DNA of 63,838 bases, counting the filler, from Choristocarpus tenellus KU-1152 (taxonomy: Eukaryota > Protista > Phaeophyceae): the NCBI GenBank assembly GCA_964200185.2. It is 11 parts of 11 records of this genome, joined end to end, with 100 filler letters (N's around TTAATTAATTAA, not from the genome) between each part and the next. Parts side by side here need not be neighbours in the genome. Positions count along the whole stretch, not along the records: positions 35,315 to 61,090 come from CAXNAD020000176.1; positions 61,191 to 63,838 come from CAXNAD020025983.1; 9 more parts are not named here. One strand, 5' to 3'. A model generated the notes under the pieces. It made no database searches and was not told the DNA's origin. It saw only the letters and a list, made by a program, of their open reading frames with translations. Positions 47,890-61,319 of the stretch are shown piece by piece. The number at the start of each line of letters is the position of its first letter. Position 1 is the first letter of the stretch. The position numbers and the translations under genes were made by a program.

Positions 47890-50800
47890 AGATGTTTTTG
47901 TCAAAATGAATCCACTTGTTTTCCATTTATTTGAAAAAAAAATACAATAACCCCAGTTAGACAGCTACTCTACCCAGACAACTATTCACCCACATCATTC
48001 TTGTTTGGAGTATATCCCCTACGCTCTAATCAAACCTAAAAAGGTAAACTGTGCTCCATCCTTCCCCAAGGTCTTCCTTGTGAATTTTTTTTCAATGTTT
48101 CACTCTGCTCTAAAATAGAGAATAAGACAATAAAACATCAATTACTCTTCAAGGGTTTTGGTTTGATCTTCACTAAATAAAAATCTACTGCAATATGTGA
48201 GCAGTCAACTTATAAATAAATACTATTATTTTTATCATTTTCAACAGAAATCCTGTTGTGTACATGTGATCCACAACTGTGCAGTAACTGCCTATTCTTT
48301 AAGGTACACAACAGAGTCAGTATTGCATGCTCCAATTAAGCACCCCTCTAACAAAAATATTCACAACTGCAGTACTTCCATAACTATGATAAAAACAATA
48401 ATACACTTCACTAAACTGCTTCCAAGCACTGTACTATTACTATTACTAATACCATATTTTAATTACAACGTAATACCTGCAAGTGTCTTGTGAGCTCCTC
48501 CAGTGAGATTGAACCACTCCTGTCCGAATCGATTGACTCAAAGGTCTCCCTCAGTCCTGCCATGTCTGAAGGGGCCATATTGTATGCACAGATCTACATG
48601 CACCATTGAACAAAAATAATACATTACAACAGAAAATGAAAGTTCCACCACACCCAAAACGTAAGGTAGAGTGATCCATCAGAGACATATCATACATACC
48701 ATTTATATCAGAGATATACCATAGATACGTTTGTAAGAGAGACGTATCATATACTAATGGAAGTGACAATGTTTGCATAGGGACATGTTGTAGTACTGTA
48801 CACACTCAATATTGCTATTAGTATACAAAATATAAGAAATGTAAACATAACAAGAAGATAGTGTGACTAGAATGATTCATGAGCAATGGATAGGAACATT
48901 GGAATATAGTGATGTTTGAGTAATGTTTGAGGAAATATTTTGATTGGTAATTTATAAGACTGTTGCTAGGATGATTATGGAGGGAAGGATAAGAACCCCC
49001 CCCCTTTTGCAGGCAACGAGACACTCTTAGCTGAAAATCAATGAAGCATATCCTGCATTATCATCTTCTTTGTGGTGAAGCAGTACATTCTAGGTAGTAC
49101 ATTCTAGGTAGTACATTCTCGTGGTGTGCAGATTTGTTCAAAAACGAAAGCTATACTTCATACAGTGCACTACAAACTGGAGGTACTACGTTACCAACTT
49201 GATTTGAGGAGGCAGCAGAAATAAGAGTCAGGAACATCATGGCTTTGAGAGGTAACCGAGACATGGAAGCAGAAATCAAAACAGTTGCTGGATTGAGAAT
49301 GGCAGAGAGGGTAGAGGCACAGCTAGAGGAGCTGTGACCTTGGCCATAGCTAGGGTGGATGAAGCTGTATTGGCCCAGCAAGGACAACAGGAGCAGCAAG
49401 TACAACCACAACCCCTGCAGAGGAGCAGGGATTCAACGTACAGATTGGAGATACCCTTGTGTAACGGAGATACCAATGAATGGATTGCATGGAAACTGTT
49501 TTTGACACTTTTATCACAGCAAGTAGGACACCTCACGCGTTCAGCAGACCTGGACTATCTGCAGGGAGAAGCAGATCAAGGGAGCATGGATGATTGGGAT
49601 ATCTCTCTTTAACAGGGGCGGATGACAAGGGGTGGATGAAAGGGCCCTTCTGAACAGATGAAAGGGGGAAGACCCTGGAGTTTGTGATGGAACACGAGAC
49701 ACCAAGAAACACAATGGACGTACTGAACCTTGGGTGAGAAACTTAGGATTTGGGACGAGTTCCAATCGAGCAGACTTGGACCAGGAGAGATCACAAGCCT
49801 ATACAGTCCCAACCATACGTCCCAAGGATGTGTCAGGTTGCTAAGAGACTGACCACAATGGTTAAGACAATTTCTGATGAAGAACTCAACATGACCATGC
49901 TGGGTGAACTGCCAGAAGGGTACAAACTGGAGAGACGCACGTTGCTTATGAGGGCCACTGCTTTAACCAGGTCGGAGTTGGAACATGCTATTGACAACCA
50001 CGTCAGTCAGTTGAAGAGGGAGGTAGCTGCCAATCAAGGAATAACCACGGCGGTTTTGATGGCCAGGAGGCAGGATGAAGTACCATGGTCGGAGTGGAAA
50101 AAAATGCTACACCTGTGGCAAAAGGGGACACTTCAGCAACCAATGTCCCACCAAGCACAAGAAGTGTGAGGTCTGTGAGCAGATGGGGCATTTGGCTGTG
50201 ATCTTCCATTAGCGACAAAGGGGTTAAAGACGTGCCAACGATGAGAGGTGAAGGGGACCAGGAGATCATGGTTGTGGTGCTAGTGGAGGTGATGAAAGTG
50301 GCGACTACAATGATGGCACTGGTAGGAGCAAGAATACTCAATATAATACCTCACACGTCACGAATGTTGGGATGAAAACACAAACAAGGGGAGGAGCCTT
50401 CGTAATTTCTGATGACACAGAGTACCACTCGGTGAGACTAACAGATGCTGAAGAATGGATTCTTGACACCAGAGCAAGAGGTTACATGACAAATTCTTTT
50501 GCTGGTGTTTGAGGTTGGGCAAAGAATCTACATGGAGCCAAGGTGGTTGTGGGTGATGGAAAGGAGCACCATGTTGCCGGGTGGGGCTGGATAGAGATGG
50601 CACTAACACCAGAGAATGAGACAGTGGCATACACAGTCACCATGAAGAAGGTTGCTGTGGTGCCCACACTAGCTTACAACTTGTGCTCCATTCGGACCAT
50701 CTGCGAGACGTCAGAGTGATGCAGTATTGTCAAGACTGGCACGTTGACAATTGAGGGGAACGATGTCATGGATGATCTTGTGATACCAGTGCTGAATGGC

Positions 50801-53800
50801 TTCTGCATGGGCTACATCTATTGGGTTTTACCTTGAGAAACCTCAACTGGATTAGTGGCCACATCGAAGGTCAGGGTTGATATCAACGAGTCTCATCAAT
50901 GGTTTAGCCATTGCCATAATAGATAACACGTAAGACTGCAGCAGCACATGGAATTGATCTCATTGGGAGTTGGGAACCATGTGAAGGGGTACTCTCAGGG
51001 CAAAGCTCATCGTGCTTCAGTGTCACGAAGAACGGATTTTCAGGCAGGCAGAAACTGGAGATTATATTTACTGATCTAGAGGACCTAAACTGGTCTGCAG
51101 TCTCGAGGGCTGGTACTATTACATGATCATCATTGACAACTGTACCAAAATGAAGTGGATATTGTTCCAGATGGTGTGAATGATGGAGTGGGAGATTTCA
51201 TCTCAGACATGGTGGCTCAAAGTGGACTACAGGTTAGGGCTGAACCAATTAGGGAGGAGAGTTCGTAAGTGAGACTTTCCAAGAAATGTGGAGGAAGCAC
51301 AGGATTCTTCATGAGTTCACAGGTGCTTTTACCCCAGAATATAATGGTGCAGCAGAGCAAGCCTTGAACCTGATTGCTGAGAAAGCAATGGCCATGATAG
51401 CTTGTGCTGGACTTCAAGGGAGACTCAATTTGTGGACTGAAGATCAGAACTATGCATGCCATCTCAGCAATTTGTGTGTCGCTTGCACTAATGAGGATTA
51501 GATTTCACCATAGGAGCTCTGGTATGGAGAACCATTGAAGGTAAATGAATTGCTGAGTTTGGGGACTGTGGGTTGCATATGGGCGACAAAATGCAAAAAA
51601 ACCCTAGCAGTACAAGGATCAAAGTGCTTGCTGATGGACTTAGCTGAGCATCACCCAAGGGGTTCCTGGCAAGTTCTACACAAGAGGTCAAACCAGTTGT
51701 TGATCCAACAGTCTGTAACATGGCACGCACTTCCTCCTTCAATGTCTCATGATGATGGGGAGACTACAGCTGAAGAGACTGAATTATTGTTGGATTTACT
51801 TGAGATATCACTTGAGGAGTTAGAGAATGTTAGTGAGAAGGCTGCACGCAGGGAGAAATCATGAAAATCTGTGCAGCAGGGGAAGGGGTCTTGTGGTGGG
51901 TCGTGCGGTGGAATGCAGCACAAGGTCATAGATTCTCTGCAAACACCCAAGTCAATCACACCGAAATCTCAGCATTCAAAGAGGGCTCGTCAGAGGGTCA
52001 TCACAAGAGGCGACCAAGGAACTTCGGAAGGTATACTAGTGACTACCTTAGCTAAAGTTGTGATTGTCAAGGACGTGGTCCATGAGGCTGTCCAGATGCA
52101 CATGGAGTTCCCTGATGAGCTGACTAATATTCTGCTATCTGAACTACAATGTTGACGTGACACTTTACTGTCACCGGAAGCACCATTTCGCCAGAATGCC
52201 ATGCAAAGGGGTTGGAAAAATTGGTGTAGACTGAAGCCTGAGACAAGTTAAAGAGGCCTTTGGATCACACAGTAGTGAAAATCAAATGGGTGTACTAACA
52301 GAAGGTGAACCCAGAAGGGGAGGTTAATGAGTACAAGGTGCGTCTGGTGGCCATGTGGAACATGAAAATCCCCAGACTAGACTTTGCGGAGAAGTTTGCG
52401 CCTACTCCCTCGGCCAGCACTTTACCTTTGGTGATGGCAATTGCTGTGCTGGATGACTAGGAAATAATACATGCTTTCATGGGGCAGGCTTTTGTGCAGG
52501 TAAATGTTGAGGAGGATGTCTACATTGAACTAACAGAGGATGTGATAGCCATACCAGGAGCGGTCGGCATAATCAAGAGGTCCCTGTATGGTTTGGTTCA
52601 GGCATCGCACAATTGGCACTCAAGGGACTAGGTTCTTAAGCAGTGCCAATCTGATCTATGCTTGCTACGTTTGGTGAAAAACAGTGTGATCCAAAGGCCA
52701 ATAGCCGGTCATGTGGATGATTTGCTGATGGCTAGCTGGACAGTAGAGACAGGCAGGGCAGTGTTGGAAACTCTGAACAAGGAATTCCCTGTGAAGGATT
52801 TCGGGGATTCGGATCATATACAATGAAAAGTAGGAAAAGGGACTGGAGGCGTTTGCTGATGCAAACTATGCGCCTGTTCTGATCCAGCGGAGGTTTGTAT
52901 CTGGGGGCCTACTAAACATTGGAGGTGTAGCATTGTCGTGGTTTTCTAGGAGGAAAATGGTGGCTTTATTAACGACGGAGGCAGAATATGTAGCTCTGAG
53001 TGACGCAGCAAAGGAGGTCATGTTTGTGAGACAGATACTGGATTTTACAGATCTGGAGAGGAAAAAGCCATGTGTGATAACGTATCAAGACAACAAGGGT
53101 GGTGCAGTGTTGGTGCAGTGAATTGTCAGGAAAATCAATCAATTGGCAGAGGAAAAATCATATGGGTGTATAGCATCATTTCCTCAGAGAATTGGTAAAG
53201 GAGATACAACCTCTAAGGCTATAGAGGTTGTGCATGTGGCATCAGAGGAACAAAATGCAGATTTCTCACGAAGCCATTGAACCATAAGCACACTTGCATC
53301 ATGTGAGGGCTGTGATGATTTTTTGATAATTTGACCCATGAGCATGAAGACGAGAAGTTGGAGTGATTCTATCTTGTGTAAGACTTGAGCATTTTGTTAG
53401 TATAAACTGATTAGGACTAGAAACTGGCATTTGAAGTGAGTTATGGGGAATCAAGGACGTGTGCTACTGTGTGGTGGCACATTTTGCATGCACAGTAGGA
53501 GAAGATGTTTGCATAGGGACATGCATTATAGTACTGTACACACTCAATGTTGCTATTAGTACTATATACATGAAGTAAGAAATGTCAATGTAGCAAGATA
53601 GTGAGTGTGACTAAATTGATGAGTGATGGATAGGAATATTAGGATACATGATACATGATACATGATGTTTGAGTAATGTTCTAGGAAATGTATTGTTTGG
53701 CAATTTATAAGATTAATTGCTAGGATGATTATGGAGGATAGGACAAGAACCCCCTCCCCTTGTGTAGGTAACAAGTCACTCTTGGCTGTAACTCAATGAA

Positions 53801-56800
53801 ATAATCTACATCGTTGTCTTCTTTCATGCTCTTGGTGAGGCAGTACATTCTCCTGGCATGCACACAGATCACGTACTAATAGCAAGGCGAGGGCACAGGC
53901 AGTGACTGGGACTAGTAAAGAAAAAAAAGGTAAAGCACTTGGTGCTTGAGGTTACAAAAAGCAACACCCACTCATTGTTCATCCAATCAAGCAAAAACAA
54001 TTACTACAGTCAATACTTACTGTTAAAATAGTATAAAATCTATCGATACTTCATATTAATACTTCGTAGATGAAAACAAATGTATTTGACAGACGTTGTC
54101 TCGCTCAAAATAAGATGGGCAAGGAGGGGCTTGTTAGATTCTTGGGATGCTTCCCTAGCTCCTCACCCTAGGGTGCAGGACTAAGCTAGATTGGAGGCAG
54201 AGGAAGGCAGTGGTTCAGCATAGCTGGTATATAGTAAAATAGTAAATGAATGTTTTTCACATTATGACAACTGTTACTTTTTTAGCAATTTTCTAACATG
54301 TGAATAGTTTTCATTGATTTTTGACACATCTCCAAAATGTCATAAAATATAGTAATATTATGAGTACTTGGCAAGTACATACATTAGACTTCACGAAAAA
54401 AAACCACTGATAAACATTTTTATATTGGTTTCTAGCCAGTGTTGAAGATTTCACTCTTGGTGAGGTTTTGTTAATTGCTCACCTCTCATTCCAACTATCC
54501 TGTTCCATATGCATATATATATATATATCATGGTGCTTACTTCCTCTATTTTAATTTGGTAAAATTTTATAACTTGACCTTCAACTTGGTGTAAGACTTG
54601 ACACATTAACCTTAAATATTCAACTATTGTTGACGTCCTCATGAAAAACAAAAGACCTTTTTCACTTCCTGGTAGTTTTCCGATTCTTAGATCTTGGAAA
54701 AGAAATACGAGGAACATTGTACTTAATTCTCAGAGAGAAGAGGACTAGACGCAGAAACCCATCAAACAGGATTTTCAAGACTCAAAACCAATCCTAACAT
54801 ATCAATACCCCAACTAACAAGTCTCTGGAAGGAGAAGAAGAGAAACAAGACTGAACAAGAGACCATCGAGTGATGCCAGGAAAGGTACTTGCAGACAAAG
54901 ACTAACAAGAGGACGCCGCAAAACAAGAGGTGAAGAGGGAGGGCAATCAAAGATGAGACAAGGGTCCCTGTAACTCAAGTGATGAAAAAGCGAGACTTGA
55001 AGCCACCAAACGAAATCCTCAAGAGGTTAGGGAGGCTGATGCCAAAGAGCAAATAGAATAACTCAAGTTAGTTTCAGGAAGGTGCTTCTAGAGAGCATGC
55101 ACGTGTACTGCTGATTCTGTAATTTCAGTTTGTCGTCTACAACCATACATGTCAAACTAAGATGGTGAAGGGTGTCTGCTTGGCAGCGGGAGTGGGATAC
55201 GTCTTAGTAAGGTTTTGTGCGTTGTAATAATTTGAAAGGAGAAAGAAAGGGGAGACATTTTCCACCTCTGGGGCTGGGAGGGGGATTGTTCAAGTGAACT
55301 CCAGTAAGAGGTGCAAACTATTTAAGCCACACCTCGAGGAGATGGAACTAACTCTTCTTTACACAGCACTCCTTGGGAAATGTGGCATTTCATTGGGATG
55401 TATAAAAATGGGTAAAGGCAAACTTTTGGATGGAACTCTCATTGGCTGGTCTGGGTACCATCCTGAAGCGCTTGGGATACATACAGAGAAGGGGTCAAAT
55501 CAAGATCCCAGATCTGATACAGGAGAGGAAAGCACGTATTTGCGTCTTCCTGGTTGAATGTTGGGGGACTCTCAAGGAGGAAGTTAAAGGGACCGATGTC
55601 AACATCCACATAGATCAATCGTTTAGATCAATCGTTTAGCCATCAACTCCATGGCTCAGCACACTCCTTCAACAGACAGTACAATACAGGCAAGGTTGAA
55701 GATGGGATCATACGGACCACTGGGAAGGGACTGAGGCTGATCAAAGAGATGGTCATCACAAAGGATGACCCACTGGTTTCCGTAGATGGAGATGGGGTAC
55801 CCATTAGCGAGAACTGTGGACTTCTAAGTTCCCCACCTAGATTTCTGAGAGCAAGACAGGAGAAGTGTTGTGACACGCTATAACAAGTAGGGGTGATTAC
55901 CATGCGTCAATGGAAGATGAGAGATGTACGCAGTAGATGGTGAAATGCCTTACTCCTGCATATATGTCGAAGTACTCCAAAAAGAAGATGATTACCACCA
56001 TGGCTTTGACAAGGATGTTTAGTGTCCAAAGGCAACCTCCAAGGAGTACAACACAGACCTGTTGCACAAGTACAACATTGAAACAATCAAAGTTGGGTGG
56101 GGGGGATAAACCACAACTTTAAAATGCCAATTGTGGGGACCTTTCCAAACGGTTTTCTCAGTGTGGGAACAGTCTGCGTAAGGAGGAGGTTGCCACTGCA
56201 ACAATAGCTTTTTCCAGAGTCCTTACCCAGACAAGTTCCTAAAGCAGGCTGAGGCTTCATAAGGAATAACTAGGATATGATTTGAACACTGCCTTACACA
56301 CCCCAGTTTCAGTCCATAGAGTTGCATTGGCAGCATGGGAAGCAGTACATCAGTTAAGACTTTCAGAATGTGAAGGTAATAACAATTGCCAAAGTGAGAC
56401 ATCAGTTAAGACTTGGGTGATACGGTGACCCTAACTAGGATCAGCAAAACATGGGAAGTTGGTTGCCCATGACCCAGAGGGAGATGACAAAATACATCAA
56501 GACTGAGGACAAATATTGGAGGGAGACATATTCAACCTGACAAATGTCCCACATGCCCTGAAAGATACAATAGAGATAGGAAGACCAACGGATGCTGTAG
56601 AGGGGGGAATAGATGAGGTGATACTGCAGGAGGATTATGAGGTGGAACTCAAGGTGGGAGATGGGGCAACATATGACAATGTCAAATCTGGCAAATCGGA
56701 GCCTGTAATCAAAAGGAAAAAAAAGAATAGAAAGAAGAATAAATATCAAAGGAAAAAGGACCCAGTAACACTTGGAGTACTTTAAGTACACTCAGAGTAG

Positions 56801-59800
56801 TTCAAAAGAAAAAGTCTTACGTCCTCAAATGTTCTGCACTTCCAACCAAAACGATTTGAGTCACCAAAAACATATCCTATCAGCCCTATGAATATCAGTA
56901 TTCCAATTACATTGGTTTCACATCATGAGTTAATGCACCCTACTGCACATTGTATTGTGAATCAACATGGCTACTATAGCTTGATCGATTGGTTGGGATT
57001 TCAGCTTTCATTTCATATATATATTTATATTTATATTTCATGGGATGAATCAACCTGTAGCAAATTTTAGAGCAGTTTGAATGCCTCCAGTCTACTTCAT
57101 TTTGTGGGACCAAGTATTTCCTCCAAATTTGACCCAAAACGGAGTGTATCTTGGGTTCCACGTGGTGTTAGGACCTCAAACCAATTGAGTAAGATACAGC
57201 TTTCCCCTACATTCCCAAAAAAATGTTTTTGTCTAACTCAAAATATTCAGTAACATTTTTTTATCTTGATAACTTCCCTCCATAATAATACATATACAGT
57301 TCATACTAACCCGCCGATACTTCTTTTGACCCTCACTCCACAAAGACACGCAGCTAACTTATATAACAAATATGTGTATCATGGAAGGTGGCAGCCATAT
57401 ATTGATGCAACTTACATGCCATTTTTCATTGAATACTGTAATGACCACAAAATTCCCTACAATGACATCATCAAAACCACTAACACAGAAAGAAAATACC
57501 ACAGGAAAAAAAAACGCATGTTCAAGGTTCTGTGAAATTTATCTTTAAATACGAAAAACTCCTTCCTTTCAAGGTGGACTACACAAAACAACATAAAAGA
57601 CAAATTACTAGTATTAAAGTTGTTTCTGTTTCTTCACTGCACTCCAGAATCCTGCAAATATATATATGTATATAATCTCAAGTAACAAGAGGCATAACTA
57701 AATATACCCTAGTCACTATACGTAAGGACAGTCCTTTTTTCTTTTTAGGTGGACTGACAACAAAAAAATGAACTGAGAATCGACATTTTTAGAAATCAAC
57801 ATTCAGCAGAGGGTTGATGCTGTCACATTACTTCTCTCTTCACGGTGAAGAGCTAGCTGTAAGCAATTTAACTTGGAGCTTACACACCATAATGCTGGCT
57901 AACCTCTAAACCTACTACACTAATCCCTGACAGTACTAAACCTTGACCCTATTATACTAATCCCTAACATTATTATATTAATCCCTAACCCTATAGTAGA
58001 AAAATCCTGTTTTGAGTATCTACTCTCCCATTTGCCGCACCAAGTCGCCTGCTAGTATACATGCCTAATAATATTGGTATTAATACCGACATGTGTCCAG
58101 TCACATCATGCCCACACATGATGTATCTTGACCATCCCTATAATAGCCACAACAATAAATATAATAATGCAATCTAACACTAGCAAGTTGACTCTTGACT
58201 ATACCATGACTGTTGACTATGCCATGACAATCTAATCACAAATAGTATTAATGAAAACTTAACTAGATATAAATTAACAATTAATAATCCTGTACATAGA
58301 AATACATTAGAGATGCCAATATACTTAGTTTGAATATGATGTGGAGAGGGGGCTGTCCTCAATATGCATACATTATAATAACTAATAACAAAAATGTAAC
58401 AAAGCCAACAGGTAGTAAAATGACAACACTAATACTCCTACTAATACTAATAGTGATTATAATGCATGCACTTTTTTCATTTCTACTTCAGTATTCATTA
58501 ATCGTATGCAGTATCGTATCCCTTAATCATATGCAGTATCGTATTCATTAATCGTATGCAGTATCGTATTCATTAATCGTATGCAGTATTGTATTCATTA
58601 ATCATATGCAGTATCGTATTCATTAATCATATGCAGTATCGTATTCACTAATCATATGCAGTATCGTATTCACTAATCGTATGCAGTATCGTATTCATTA
58701 ATCGTATGCAGTATCGTATTCATTAATCGTATGCAGTATCGTATACATTGCACAAAAAAAATGCCGTTCATGATCAAGTGAGGGATCACAAAGATCAACA
58801 CTACAACGCTCCAACAATGTCAGTGCCAATCATACATACGGTGCTGGCTTTTATGCAATGATAGGGGAGACAAAAAAAAATAAATACTCAACAATAATAT
58901 AGAGAGGGAATGTATATCATATTCAAAAGGGAGGGGAAAAGGGCACCAGTGGTGGTGGAAACAATTGACAACAAGTGATAACAATTGATAACAATTGACA
59001 TACAATTGATAACAATTGGCACACAAATCCCACAAAGAATTAAAAAAAGTGAATCAGAGTGCTTAGCAAGTTCATACGGAAGGCGAGAGTGCTTAGCAAT
59101 TTTTTAACTAAAATAAAATGGTGGAATGTTTTTAACTAAAATAACAAGGCAAGAGCAACAAACTCTTTCCCCCCCCTTCCCCACCCGCTTGCTGGTGTGG
59201 CACCCCTCACACACCTCTAATGTCATCTTTCGCAGACTGCTGAAGGCACTGAACTGTTGCAACGCATTGACTATGTCTGACTTGGGCATCAACGATTGAG
59301 CTCTGCCAGGGCTTGCAGCACTGGAGGGAGGGAGGCAATTGGTAAACTCATGGTATAAAGTATCACATTATACATTTACCAACATATCGTTACTTGGTTA
59401 TTACTTGATTCTTACTTTAGTACTTGATTATCACTTGAGAATGTTCTCCAATCAAATCAAAGATGTTCTCCATGGGAGCGCATGGATATAGCAACCTTCA
59501 AACAAATCAATAATAAATATATACTATTAATATCATGCAGTAAATATCACATCTCTGGCTCAGCACTGGCAGAAGTGTCATGCCATATCAAGAAGAAAAG
59601 GGTTAGTGTTAGGGTTAGTGTTAGACCCAAGACAACTCTCTATTCATCCACACAATAAAACATTTGGACTGCCAGTGGCAGTGTGTTCCCCCCTCAATCT
59701 AACACTACAAATAGTCTTGAATCTGATAAACTCAAGTCAAAGCTAATCCATGCATTAATTCCAAATATAAAGTCCAAAGAACTTTTGAATAGACTATCAA

Positions 59801-60780
59801 TATTTAGTTATTTGTAGTGTGACCTATACATAACAACTGAGGTTTTTCAAGAACCCCTTTGAAGTCTTGGGTGACACATGCTTCTGGAGCACTGAGTCAT
59901 ACCTCTAAAGTGTATTCTGTCAAGTTGGTTTACAGAAACATACTGCCTTTCAGTGTCTTCATCTTCTCTTCTAAAAAAACTTGAAAAAAAACTTGAAAAT
60001 TAAAAAAATTGCCTAAACACACACCCCTCTCAGTCACTTTCACTTGTTAATACTTGATTTAAATACTAATCCCTCCAAAAGGTTCACACAACCCCCGACA
60101 CACCACGATATTACTAATATATATTATACTAACAAACTATCATTACTAATATATATTATACTAACAAACTGTCATTACTAGTAAATCATTAGTAAACAAA
60201 CTGGCATTACTTACAAACTGTTATCAAAATAAATGGAAGCAAACCATCATTACTGAGCTATCATTAATATCACGTTTAGGCATTGCAATGACCATAAATA
60301 TTATACAAATACCATAAATATTATACAAATACCATACAGAACTAGTTGAATACATCAACTACACCATAAATAGGATACAACACAACCGCATCGCACCACT
60401 ACCACTACCACTACCATCCCTCTCAAAAAAGAAAGTGTCAGCATATTCACAACCAAAAGCACCATTAATATTTATTCATTACCAATACGACCAAGGACTG
60501 GAACACATACGAAGGGAATCAACACACACACATTAGTTGTACACACACACACACATTAGTTGTACACACACACAACCAAGTAAGGTACACCATATTTTGA
60601 AGTATAACCTCACCGAGGAGTATTGCGCAGCCAGGGGTGATCCAAGGCTTCCTCTGCAGTCAACCGTACTTTTGTATCAGCCTTTAGCAATGCAGCAATA
60701 AAGTCCCGACACTCTGGACTACATGCCCCAAAGAGCATGTCCGGCATTTCGTACTCCCCGCGAACAATCTTGGATCGAAC
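45554..60780 (-). CDS. Calcium-dependent protein kinase (CDPK), 3' part: kinase C-lobe, junction, 4 EF hands
   Basis: In-phase exons 60780-60614 (RLTAEEALDHPWL), 59320-59215 (LQQFSAFSSLRKMTLE), 48593-48477 (DSDRSGSISLEE), 47407-47327 (NINKSAEINYNE), 47159-47103 (FIAAT), 46375-46286 (DRDGNGFLTAEG) and 45682-45554 (DVSGDGRVDYQE). The 5' exons are off-contig and the terminal exon is unresolved. Confidence 0.88.
48770..53862 (+). mobile_element. Decayed Ty1/copia LTR retrotransposon
   Basis: LTRs 48770-~49130 and 53506-~53862 (both begin TGTTTGCATAGGGACATG); PPT AGTAGGAGAAGA. Remnants in copia order: gag with CCHC (CYTCGKRGHFSNQC), protease WILDT, integrase TPEYNGAAE, RT (KWVY..YKVRLVA) and RNase H (TTEAEYVALS). 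Many stops. Confidence 0.92.
54095..54247 (+). mobile_element. 5'-truncated CRE-like LINE tail
   Basis: Encodes LLDSWDASLAPHP; aligns with 29965-30086 through AATAGTAAAT. Confidence 0.7.
54255..56800 (+). mobile_element. Decayed IS630/Tc1-mariner-like DNA transposon preceded by a family C arm
   Basis: Frameshifted transposase: LKRLGY...VNIHIDQS (first Asp), TTGKGLRLI...ITKD, KKMI, and LPYTPQFQSIELHWQHGK at 56289 (matches LPPYSPELNPIE..W...K). Right end not found. Confidence 0.75.
58490..58745. repeat. 25-bp minisatellite (CATTAATCGTATGCAGTATCGTATT) x ~10
   Basis: Near-perfect tandem units inside the long CDPK intron. Confidence 0.95.
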
Positions 60781-61319
60781 CTGCAACAACAGACAAGAAA
60801 CAATAAGAATAGAAACAATAAGAATAGAAAGAATGGAACCATTACCTTAGTATTGGATGGGAGAGAGTGAATTCAATTCTAACAGGAACTAATAAATACA
60901 GTTCAATTCTTTAAAAAAACATCTGCTCTGGTCTTTCCTATGCTACCTGAACTCATCAGAAAGGGTATGCAACAGTGAATAAATCAATAAATAAAAATAA
61001 TCTAAATCCCCCCCCCCCCCCCCCCCCCCCCCCACACCAAACACAAACCCCAACACCACCCCCCCCACACCACAACAACACACCAAAGCANNNNNNNNNN
61101 NNNNNNNNNNNNNNNNNNNNNNNNNNNNNNNNNNTTAATTAATTAANNNNNNNNNNNNNNNNNNNNNNNNNNNNNNNNNNNNNNNNNNNNGTATTTGAAA
61201 GGTCGGAAAAAAAAAAGGGTTGTTTACTGAAACGGATGCCCCCTCACAAACCCCCCCCCCCCCCCCCCCAGATACTTTGATCCAAAGAGTCTGTCTTGCT
61301 CTCATGAAACAAAGTTCAC

